Source: Paludibacteraceae bacterium
Lineage (GTDB): Bacteria; Bacteroidota; Bacteroidia; Bacteroidales; Paludibacteraceae
Assembly (NCBI GenBank): GCA_024399545.1
Contig: JAKSNS010000008.1
Location: 1 to 24,000 of the forward strand
Length of the DNA stretch: 24,000 nucleotides
Direction: 5' to 3'
Below the pieces are notes generated by a model. The model ran no database searches. It saw only the letters and a program-made list of their open reading frames with translations, and had not been told where the DNA came from. The position numbers and the translations under genes are program-made. The stretch's first letter is position 1. Every line of letters begins with the position of its first letter. Below are positions 9,229 through 17,054 of this stretch, one piece after another.

Positions 9229-12200
9229 TTAATCATCAACAGGAGGCAAATCGTTATCAGTAAACTCTTCCTCAACGACTTCTGTGCTGGTTTTGAATGC
9301 CTTACCGTTGATGGATAGTTGCTCAATCTGTCCGTCCATCTGCATTTTCTCGAGTGTCTTTATGAAATCGTTGGATTGTGCGTTCACCTTATAGAGACGT
9401 GAGCGTGTCATCAGACGTGCATTGAACTCTGAGTCAATGATTTCAATGCGGAACTCAGTCTCGCCCTTGTTGTCTTGTATCAGCGAGCCTATCTCGCGGA
9501 GGCTATCCTCATTCTTGTTTATGTCTATAGTCACGGTGACATCTTGTATGAGGTGTAAAGTTTCGCGTGCCTCCTCAAGTGTCTTCATCCCTGACACTAC
9601 GACCTCCATTTCATTTGTCGGCTGTGCCCATTTGTAGTCTGCGTTTTTCATCTGTACTGTTAGTTGGATGTAAACGAAGAGGTTCTTGACGAAGAATTTT
9701 GAGAAATCAAGGTAGCGTTGTCCGAACAATCTCACCTCGGCTGTGCCTGAATAGTCCTCTATTTTCAGTATTCCGTACGGTTTGTTGTTTTTCGTCATCT
9801 TCTGCTCGCCGCTAATCACTATTCCACCGACGGTATAAACGCCTTTGCCCATTGACGCGAGTTTTGAGATGTCTTTCGACTCGTTCGAGCAACCATATAG
9901 GATTTCTGTGCGATATTGGTCAAGTGGGTGGGCGGAGAGGTATATCCCCAACAGGTCTTTCTCTTTGTTTAGTACCTCAAGGTCTGTTATTACTGGGTTG
10001 CTGTCCAACGATGGTTTTACCATCTCTGGAGCATCGTCAAGTCCGTCAAACAGTGACTGTTGGCTTTCCATTTTGTCCGCTTGGATTTTCTCGCCGTACC
10101 ATTTCAGTTCGTCTATTACGACATTGCCTTTGCTGTTGTTGGCAAAGAACTGTTCTCGACGTATTTCATTGCGGAAACAGTCCAGTGCGCCACTCCATAT
10201 CAGTACCTCAAGTGTCTTGCTGTTGCATTTGCCCGAAGGGATTCGCTCGAAGAAATCATACACCGAGGTGTATGGTCCATTCTCTTTCCTCTCGTTTATT
10301 ATATATTCGACTGATGCCGACCCTGCGCCCTTGATGGCGGCAAGTCCAAAGCGGATTTCTCCCTTTTTGTTTACGGAGAAGGTTGCTTCTGATTCGTTTA
10401 CGTCTGGACCAAGTACGCTGATACGCATGTGTTTGCACTCTGCCATAAGTTTCTCGATGTCCGAGGCATTGCCCAAGCTTCGTGTCAAGTTGCCAGCCAT
10501 AAATTCGGCAGGGTAGTGGGCTTTCAGGTATGCCGTCTGGTATGCCACCCACGAGTAGCATGTCGCATGTGACTTGTTGAATGCGTATGATGCGAATTTC
10601 TCCCAGTCTGCCCAGATTTTTTCGAGTGTTTTTGCGTCATGTCCGTTCTCTTGTCCCTGTTGGATGAATTTTGGCTTCAGGTGGTCAAGTTTGTCTTTCT
10701 GCTTCTTACCCATAGCCTTACGCAGGGTGTCACTCTCGCCGCGCGTGAAGTTAGCCAGTTGTCGCGACAGTAGCATCACCTGCTCTTGATATACCGTGAT
10801 GCCGTATGTGTCCTTCAGGTATTTCTCCATGCATGGGATGTCGTACTCTATAGGTTTACGCCCCAGCTTACGGTCTATGAAGTCTGGGATATAATCCATA
10901 GGTCCTGGGCGGTAAAGGGCGTTCATGGCAATAAGGTCCTCGAAGACTGATGGTTTCAGTTCACGAAGGTATTTCTGCATACCCGGCGACTCAAATTGGA
11001 AGGTTGCTATCGTGTTGCCGTCTTGGTATAGCTTATAAGTCTCGGGGTCGTCTATAGGTATGTGCGCTATGTCAACGTCAATGCCTTGCGAGATCTTTAT
11101 GTTCTTGAGGGTCTCTTTGATGATACTCAGCGTTTTGAGTCCAAGGAAGTCCATCTTTATAAGCCCTACCGACTCAATAAGCGAACCAACGTATTGTGTT
11201 ACGAGCAACTCCTCTTTCGTGTCTTTGTCTTTGGCTGTGCTGAGTGGTGCGAATTTTTTCAGGTCGTCAGCACCGATAATCACGCCGCAGGCGTGGATAC
11301 CCGTCTGGCGTACAGTTCCTTCCAGCATGCTTGCGTATTTGAATACGTTGTGCATCTCGTCGTTCAGTCGGTCTTCGTCCTGTAGTTCAGGTATTGCCTG
11401 GAGGCATTTCTTGATGTTTATTTTCTTGTCGTCGCCTATCTTCGTCGGGATTAGTTTCGTCACCCTGTTTACGTCGGCAAGTGGCATTTTCAGGATACGT
11501 CCAACATCCTTTATTGACGATTTTGTCGCCATTGTCCCGAAGGTGATGATGTGCGCTACTTTCTCAGCACCATATTTTTGCGTCACCCAACGCAAAACCT
11601 CGGCACGTCCGTCGTCGTCAAAGTCAATATCAATATCAGGCAGGGATATACGGTCAGGGTTGAGGAAACGTTCAAACAGCAGGTCGTATTTAAGCGGGTC
11701 AACGTCCGTAATCTGTAGGCAATAGGCCACAACAGAACCTGCCGCCGAACCACGTCCTGGTCCTACCGAGACTCCCATGTTGCGTGCCGCCATTATGAAG
11801 TCCTGCACGATTAGGAAGTAGCCAGGGAAACCCATTGTCTTCATTACGTGTAGCTCGAAATTCAGGGTCTCCATAATATGTTCGGGCACAGGGTCGCCGT
11901 AACGCCTTTTCGCACCTTCGATGGTCAGTTTCTTCAGGTAGTCAGCTTCCAGTTTTATGCGGTACAGTTTGTCGTAGCCTCCCAGTTTCTTTATCTTTTT
12001 CTCTGCGTCTTCTTGGCTCATGACCACCTCGCCAACCTCGTTACGCGTGAATTCATCGAACAAATCTTGTTCCGTTATGCGTTGGCGGTACTCCTCTTCT
12101 GTGCCGAAGTCCTCTGGTATTGCGAATTTTGGCATGATAGGGTCACGTTCCAGCGAGAACACCTCCACTTTATCTACTATTTCCTGCGTGTTCTCCAAAA

Positions 12201-13071
12201 CCTCCGGAATGTCGGCGAATATTTCGCCCATCTCCTCTTTGCTCTTGAACCACTCCTGTTTCGTGTAACACATTCGCGATGGGTCGTCAACGTCTTTTCC
12301 TGTGCTCAGGCATATCAGCAGCTCATGGGCGTCGGCGTTATCTTCGTCCAGGAAGTGTACGTCGTTCGTTGCTATCACCTTGGTGCCCGTCTCTTTAGCC
12401 AATCGCATAATCACTTCGTTGACCTTCTTCTGTCTGAGGTACGTGGTTTGGTCTGCGCGCGGTTTGTCGGTTTTGTGGCGTTGTATTTCCAAATAGTAGT
12501 CGTCGCCGAAAATCTCCTTGAACCACATTATCGATTTGCGAGCCTCTTCAACTTCGCCAGCCATAATCAGTTGCGCTATCTCTCCGCCAAGGCAAGCCGA
12601 GCATACTATCAACCCTTCGCTGTGTTCCTTCAGTATGTATTTGTCTATACGTGGTTTAGAATAGTAACCATCCACCCACGACACGGATACCATGTGGCAC
12701 AGGTTCTCGTAACCCTTCATATTCTTGGCAATCAGGATCAGGTGGTAGCCCGAATAATCGACAATCCTTTCACGTCCGTTCTCTGGATTGACTGTTTTAT
12801 AGTCTTTGTCTTTGTCCGTCAGGTGGCGGCGTGCGCAATATGCCTCAACGCCTATGAGGGGTTTTATAAACGAAGGGTCAGATGGTTCGAGACCTTTATT
12901 GTTCTTCGCGCATTTGTCTATGAACTCCTTTATGCCGAACATATTGCCGTGGTCTGTGATGGCCAGTGCGTTCATCCCGTATTTCTTGCAACGGTCAATC
13001 AGCCCCCCGACGCTTGACATTCCGTCAAGCACCGAATACTGTGTATGTACGTGTAAATGCGTGAAGTTCAT
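9229..13071 (-). CDS. dnaE: DNA polymerase III alpha subunit.
   Basis: 1280-aa ORF with an N-terminal PHP domain (HLHVHTQYSVLDG, AITDHGNMFG), a polymerase core (GPGRGSAAGS, PDIDIDF) and an OB-fold C-terminal region. Confidence 0.97.
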   Translation of the reverse strand: MNFTHLHVHTQYSVLDGMSSVGGLIDRCKKYGMNALAITDHGNMFGIKEFIDKCAKNNKGLEPSDPSFIKPLIGVEAYCARRHLTDKDKDYKTVNPENGRERIVDYSGYHLILIAKNMKGYENLCHMVSVSWVDGYYSKPRIDKYILKEHSEGLIVCSACLGGEIAQLIMAGEVEEARKSIMWFKEIFGDDYYLEIQRHKTDKPRADQTTYLRQKKVNEVIMRLAKETGTKVIATNDVHFLDEDNADAHELLICLSTGKDVDDPSRMCYTKQEWFKSKEEMGEIFADIPEVLENTQEIVDKVEVFSLERDPIMPKFAIPEDFGTEEEYRQRITEQDLFDEFTRNEVGEVVMSQEDAEKKIKKLGGYDKLYRIKLEADYLKKLTIEGAKRRYGDPVPEHIMETLNFELHVMKTMGFPGYFLIVQDFIMAARNMGVSVGPGRGSAAGSVVAYCLQITDVDPLKYDLLFERFLNPDRISLPDIDIDFDDDGRAEVLRWVTQKYGAEKVAHIITFGTMATKSSIKDVGRILKMPLADVNRVTKLIPTKIGDDKKINIKKCLQAIPELQDEDRLNDEMHNVFKYASMLEGTVRQTGIHACGVIIGADDLKKFAPLSTAKDKDTKEELLVTQYVGSLIESVGLIKMDFLGLKTLSIIKETLKNIKISQGIDVDIAHIPIDDPETYKLYQDGNTIATFQFESPGMQKYLRELKPSVFEDLIAMNALYRPGPMDYIPDFIDRKLGRKPIEYDIPCMEKYLKDTYGITVYQEQVMLLSRQLANFTRGESDTLRKAMGKKQKDKLDHLKPKFIQQGQENGHDAKTLEKIWADWEKFASYAFNKSHATCYSWVAYQTAYLKAHYPAEFMAGNLTRSLGNASDIEKLMAECKHMRISVLGPDVNESEATFSVNKKGEIRFGLAAIKGAGSASVEYIINERKENGPYTSVYDFFERIPSGKCNSKTLEVLIWSGALDCFRNEIRREQFFANNSKGNVVIDELKWYGEKIQADKMESQQSLFDGLDDAPEMVKPSLDSNPVITDLEVLNKEKDLLGIYLSAHPLDQYRTEILYGCSNESKDISKLASMGKGVYTVGGIVISGEQKMTKNNKPYGILKIEDYSGTAEVRLFGQRYLDFSKFFVKNLFVYIQLTVQMKNADYKWAQPTNEMEVVVSGMKTLEEARETLHLIQDVTVTIDINKNEDSLREIGSLIQDNKGETEFRIEIIDSEFNARLMTRSRLYKVNAQSNDFIKTLEKMQMDGQIEQLSINGKAFKTSTEVVEEEFTDNDLPPVDD

Positions 13072-13221
13072 AAGGTAAGTTCAATAAATTCATTTTGAGG
13101 GTTTTTGGAGTTTGTTTTGAGCAAGATGCCAAAAGAAACTTCAAAAAAACCAAAAGGTTTATTTGTTACATATTTTTACTTTTTCATCTTAAACGGTGAA
13201 TTTATAGAACTCACCACAATA

Positions 13222-13956
13222 TTATTGTACAACGTATTTGTCGTCCTCGGTTCGTTTTACAAACCCTATGGTTTCAAGAAACTGGTGCATTGTAGTGACG
13301 GATTCACTAAATTCTGCCCCGTCACTCTTTTTTCTTTTGTGAATGTCGAAGGAACGGTTACAGGCATCTTCGACTCTTCTTTGTCGTGTCTCAGGATTGA
13401 CAGCCATCATCAAATCGAAAAAATCATCATTCACTTCTTTATTGCCGTTATCGTATATGTTGACTTTTTGTTTAGAATGTGATTTGTTATACTTTATAAT
13501 GTGGTTGTTTATCAAATCTATTTGAGCCTGTGAGTGGCTGTCATGTTTGCATGGTATAGGCTCACCCGAATGATTTTCAAAATGCAACAAAAACCAATAT
13601 TCTATACACATATTTGAGAAAACCACCTCAAACCCTGCGTCTCTTGCTTCCTTGATTGCTGCTGAGAAATCCTTATGTCCGTCACAGTCAAACATCAACC
13701 AACGCTGTGTGAATTTCCTACGTTGCTCTCTGGGGAGTGTGTTGTAGGCTTTTGTGCAACTGTCAACAAATTCTTCGCAACTTCCTATTCCCGACCCTTT
13801 TTTGACTATTGGAACCAATTTCAGATTGCTGCGTTTGAGTTGTTCGATATATGATTTCTCGGTGTTTCTTCCCTCGACATAGACTATAATCTGCCTGGGT
13901 GTTTTCTGACCGTTTCCCCGCTGTTTGAGCGTGCTGTTTGAATGTTTGTTTTTCAT
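13222..13956 (-). CDS. RloB-family protein (Toprim-like predicted nuclease), the second gene of an ATPase-RloB pair.
   Basis: 244-aa ORF with an ATG start. It matches the RloB family signature: IIVYVEGRNTEKSY (Toprim Glu, E28), RWLMFDCDGHKDF (DxD, D90/D92) and VVFSNMCIEYWFLLHFE (the family consensus as I recall it is roughly SNpcFElWlLLHFe). It starts 7 nt after the upstream ATPase stop. Confidence 0.85.
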   Translation of the reverse strand: MKNKHSNSTLKQRGNGQKTPRQIIVYVEGRNTEKSYIEQLKRSNLKLVPIVKKGSGIGSCEEFVDSCTKAYNTLPREQRRKFTQRWLMFDCDGHKDFSAAIKEARDAGFEVVFSNMCIEYWFLLHFENHSGEPIPCKHDSHSQAQIDLINNHIIKYNKSHSKQKVNIYDNGNKEVNDDFFDLMMAVNPETRQRRVEDACNRSFDIHKRKKSDGAEFSESVTTMHQFLETIGFVKRTEDDKYVVQ

Positions 13957-13963
13957 AGCGCAT

Positions 13964-15241
13964 TCATAGGATGTCTTCTATTTTCGCGACATTGAAATTA
14001 GGCACGCCGCCTAAAGCTCCGTCAATGTAGGAAGTTTCAGCATTAATCCTTGAGCTGTACTCTTCCAAAGAATCCAATTTAGCTTCGCCATAACGGTTTT
14101 TGTTGACGACATACAATTGGTCATTATTAAACAGCTTATATTCGTTATTTATATCTTTGGCATTCAGCAGAGAGGTGTTCTGTGAATTGATAATCAATTG
14201 CGCATGATTGTCGTTCCTGTAAAACAGACTGACGATAAACCTCACTATGTTGGTATGCAATCCGCTGTCAATCTCATCTACAAGCAAAATCGTCCCTTTT
14301 GAAAGTGCATTGAATATTGGCCCGACAAGCGCAAACAACCTGTTTGTTCCGAACGACTCGTCTTCTTCCATCCTGAAGGCGGTGGTGTCAATCCTTTCGT
14401 AGTTTTCATTGAACACTTTGTGGAAAGCCAAAACACCATCCACGAATTTTTCGTCCGGCTCATGTGGTATTATCTTTCTTATCTTTTCCGGCAGGTCATC
14501 GGCTGATATTTCGTGCAGCTGTATGTCTTCTATGTTGAAATCGAATGCCTTCATGAACTCTTTCACGGGAGTGCCTTGACCCATCGCCCTTAAAGTTCCC
14601 GCCATATTCATGTCGTTTGCCGAAATTATGGCGATAGACGAGAACCAATTGACTATCTCTTTGGATGTAGAATCGTTGAATGTTGCTAACAAAGATAGAA
14701 ACGGAGTTGTTTCAGACAGCATATTGGCATTCTTCAGGTTGGTGGCTATTGCTTGGTTAATCAACTCCTGATTGTCAAAGACACAATTGTTTTCTTCCCG
14801 TTCTATTATCCGGCTTTCGCTTTCCTCTTTGGTTTTTTGTGCATACAGCCATTCAGCGACTATGTGTTTTGAATCGACCTCAAATCCATAGCGGTACTGA
14901 ATTTCATTCAAAATGAATATAACCTCAAATGATGAGTTTTTGTTGGCGAAATGTGTGTTCAATCGGAAACTGTCGTATTCCTTCAGCCAGTAATTGCTGA
15001 TTGGGGTCTTTTCATCGCGAAGTGGGGGACAAATGACACACTGCATAAACTTTAACGCATCAAACAATTTTGTTTTGCCACTGCCATTTGCTCCATAAAC
15101 TGCCACCGCTTTGAGCACAGAATACTTATGAGGAGTGCGTATTGAACGATGTCCCTTCCTGGACGTATTCTCAGTCAGTAGGCTTAAAGCTGTTTCGTCA
15201 GCGAAGCATTTGAAATTATTGAAAGTGAATTGCACCAACAT
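13964..15241 (-). CDS. ABC/AAA_21-type ATPase (RloA/AbiLi/AriA-like), the first gene of the ATPase-RloB pair.
   Basis: Motifs are Walker A GANGSGKT (15071-15094), a signature-like ESFGTNRL, and Walker B ILLVDEIDSGLH (D333/E334 at 14273-14278). A long insertion of about 230 aa separates Walker A from the signature motif. The ORF-track start at 15274 is a TTG overlapping the galE stop. The ATG at 15241 gives the family-typical N-terminus MLVQFTFNNFKCF, so I prefer it. Confidence 0.85.
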   Translation of the reverse strand: MLVQFTFNNFKCFADETALSLLTENTSRKGHRSIRTPHKYSVLKAVAVYGANGSGKTKLFDALKFMQCVICPPLRDEKTPISNYWLKEYDSFRLNTHFANKNSSFEVIFILNEIQYRYGFEVDSKHIVAEWLYAQKTKEESESRIIEREENNCVFDNQELINQAIATNLKNANMLSETTPFLSLLATFNDSTSKEIVNWFSSIAIISANDMNMAGTLRAMGQGTPVKEFMKAFDFNIEDIQLHEISADDLPEKIRKIIPHEPDEKFVDGVLAFHKVFNENYERIDTTAFRMEEDESFGTNRLFALVGPIFNALSKGTILLVDEIDSGLHTNIVRFIVSLFYRNDNHAQLIINSQNTSLLNAKDINNEYKLFNNDQLYVVNKNRYGEAKLDSLEEYSSRINAETSYIDGALGGVPNFNVAKIEDIL

Positions 15242-15270
15242 ATAGCATGTCCCCTTTTCCTTTGCGTGAC

Positions 15271-16281
15271 TCAATACCCCTCAGGGTTATTCTTCTGCCA
15301 GTTCCACGAATCCCGGCACATCTCCTCAATGCCGTACTTCGCCTCCCAGCCCAGTTCCGCCTTAGCCTTCGCGGGGTTGCAGTAGCACGTCGCAATGTCA
15401 CCCGCACGGCGTGGCTTTATGCTGTAAGGCACCTCAACGCCGTTCACCTTCACGAACGCCCTCACCACGTCCAACACGCTGTAGCCGTGACCCGTACCGA
15501 GGTTATAAATCCCTATCCCGCACTTACGCTCAATGGCCTTCAGCGCAGCCACATGTCCTGCCGCCAGGTCGCACACATGAATATAGTCACGCACGCCCGT
15601 GCCGTCATGCGTGTCATAGTCATTGCCGAAAACGCCCAGCTCCTTGCGTATCCCCACAGCCGTCTGAGTGATATAAGGCATCAGGTTATTCGGAATGCCG
15701 TTCGGATTCTCGCCCATCGTCCCTGAAGGGTGCGCCCCTATAGGGTTGAAATACCTCAGCAAAATCACATTCCACTCCCTGTCGGCCCTCTGCACGTCCA
15801 TCAGCACCTCCTCAAGCATCGACTTCGTCTGACCGTAAGGATTCGTGCAATGCCCCTTCGGACACTCCTCCGTGATAGGGATAATCTGCGGATCGCCATA
15901 CACAGTCGCCGACGAACTGAAAATTATATTCTTGCACCCGTGACTGCGCATAGCCTCCAACAGCACGAACGTCGCATTCATATTATTTTCATAATACTCC
16001 AACGGCTTCTCCACCGACTCGCCCACGGCCTTCAGCCCCGCGAAATGTATCACTGCGTCAATCCTGTTCTCCCCGAAAACCCTGTCCATAGCCTCACGGT
16101 CACGCACGTCAGCCCTCACGAAAGGAATCTCACGACCCACAATCCTCCCAGCCCTGCGCAGCGACTCGGGATTCGAGTTACTCAGATTGTCAACCACGAC
16201 GGCACTGTGTCCCGCCTTGTAAAGCTCGATTGCGGTATGCGACCCAATGTAGCCTGCCCCGCCTGTAAGAAGTATATTCAT
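15271..16281 (-). CDS. galE: UDP-glucose 4-epimerase.
   Basis: 336-aa ORF with the Rossmann motif LLTGGAGYIGSH, the SSSATVYG and YGQTK catalytic motifs, and full-length similarity to GalE. Codon usage is noticeably G/T-ending, unlike the neighbouring genes. Confidence 0.95.
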   Translation of the reverse strand: MNILLTGGAGYIGSHTAIELYKAGHSAVVVDNLSNSNPESLRRAGRIVGREIPFVRADVRDREAMDRVFGENRIDAVIHFAGLKAVGESVEKPLEYYENNMNATFVLLEAMRSHGCKNIIFSSSATVYGDPQIIPITEECPKGHCTNPYGQTKSMLEEVLMDVQRADREWNVILLRYFNPIGAHPSGTMGENPNGIPNNLMPYITQTAVGIRKELGVFGNDYDTHDGTGVRDYIHVCDLAAGHVAALKAIERKCGIGIYNLGTGHGYSVLDVVRAFVKVNGVEVPYSIKPRRAGDIATCYCNPAKAKAELGWEAKYGIEEMCRDSWNWQKNNPEGY

Positions 16282-16322
16282 AATATTTTGCCCTATATTT
16301 TTTGAGACAACATTTCAACCTG

Positions 16323-16330
16323 CAAAGGTA
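16323..16330 (-). promoter_or_regulatory. Bacteroidota -7 box TACCTTTG with a -33 TTTG for galE.
   Basis: The plus strand reads caaaggta at 16323-16330, about 42 nt upstream of the galE ATG (16281). A plus-strand caaa at 16351-16354 lies 20 nt further upstream. The 16-mer tgcaaaggtacgaaaa is identical to the one at 4185-4200. Confidence 0.65.
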
Positions 16331-16432
16331 CGAAAATAATCCGAGACCGCCAAACATTTCCGCAAAAAAACTTTTCCGCCACACACACCGAAAAAAACTC
16401 CCCGAACCCTTGCCTATATCAAAAAAACTCCT

Positions 16433-16440
16433 TACCTTTG
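16433..16440 (+). promoter_or_regulatory. Bacteroidota -7 box TACCTTTG with a -33-like TTG, divergent from the galE promoter.
   Basis: tacctttg at 16433-16440, with ttg at 16410-16412 (20-nt spacer). It lies 66 nt upstream of the ATG at 16506. Confidence 0.55.
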
Positions 16441-16505
16441 CACAACCTACTCCATACGGACAGTGAATATGATTATCAACTACTTATCCCCAAAAACCGA
16501 ACAAA

Positions 16506-17054
16506 ATGCGTGACTACACCTTCGACAACAAGCCTATCTCCTACATCTCAGGACGCCTCAGCCGCAAAAGTGACGTCTATTACCGCACCATAAACGGGAA
16601 AATCTACGCATACCTCCTCTGGAACCCCAACACCAAACCGCCAACCCTCGGAACCCTCCGCACACGCCAAATCTTCAAAACCGCCTCACTCTACACCTCC
16701 CTCGACCTAAAACTCCCCTTCAAACTCGCCGAATGGAAACACCGCATGGCAGAGCACAACCGCCTCGCCATCAGCCTAAACCCCGATTTCGCACGACACC
16801 CCGAAAACTACAACAAACACAACGACCCACAACACCTACGCCCCTACACCTCAGTGCGTTACTTCATCCTCGCATCCTATACCCATGCCCTGAAATCCCT
16901 CACCACAAACCGCCCGCAACTCACAATAAAACCCAAAACAAAACCACAACTCACCACCGAAATCCTGACCCTCTTCATCCGCCTCAACCTCTTCACCGAC
17001 CGCCTTGCCTTCGACGGCCGTCAACCCACCTACTTCGCCAAACCTCCCACCTGA
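16506..17054 (+). CDS. Hypothetical protein (orphan, 182 aa), the only plus-strand ORF candidate. Coding status is uncertain.
   Basis: It has an ATG start, a canonical promoter upstream, and a varied N-terminal two-thirds containing W, Y, F, D and E. However, the local plus strand is so poor in G and T that stop codons are rare, a second frame is open across the same region (16733-17116), and the C-terminal third is low-complexity (T/P/K/L-rich). I recognise no family. Confidence 0.4.
   Translation: MRDYTFDNKPISYISGRLSRKSDVYYRTINGKIYAYLLWNPNTKPPTLGTLRTRQIFKTASLYTSLDLKLPFKLAEWKHRMAEHNRLAISLNPDFARHPENYNKHNDPQHLRPYTSVRYFILASYTHALKSLTTNRPQLTIKPKTKPQLTTEILTLFIRLNLFTDRLAFDGRQPTYFAKPPT

Noticed and set aside
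9422-13078. Many long plus-strand ORFs antisense to dnaE (for example 11878-13017 at 379 aa, 9845-10516 at 223 aa and 11060-11725 at 221 aa).
   Set aside because: They lie entirely within, and opposite to, the unambiguous dnaE reading frame. Their translations are low-complexity (S/F/L/V-rich) with no recognisable motifs. These are shadow ORFs.
13105-13482. 125-aa plus-strand ORF (TTG start) between dnaE and the RloB gene, considered as a possible third small component or antitoxin of the cassette.
   Set aside because: Most of it is antisense to the well-supported RloB C-terminus. It begins with a non-ATG codon in an AT-rich spacer, and its translation is F/I/L/V-rich with no motif. An AT-rich shadow ORF is the simpler explanation.
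13763-13963. 66-aa minus-strand ORF that would bridge the ATPase stop and the RloB start in another frame.
   Set aside because: It is an alternative frame within the RloB 5' region. The RloB frame carries the conserved VEGRNTE motif there, so this frame is spurious.
15247-16305. Plus-strand ORFs of 159, 86 and 191 aa antisense to galE.
   Set aside because: They are a consequence of the G-poor plus strand, which has few stop codons. The translations are R/H/P/L-rich nonsense, and galE on the other strand is fully supported.
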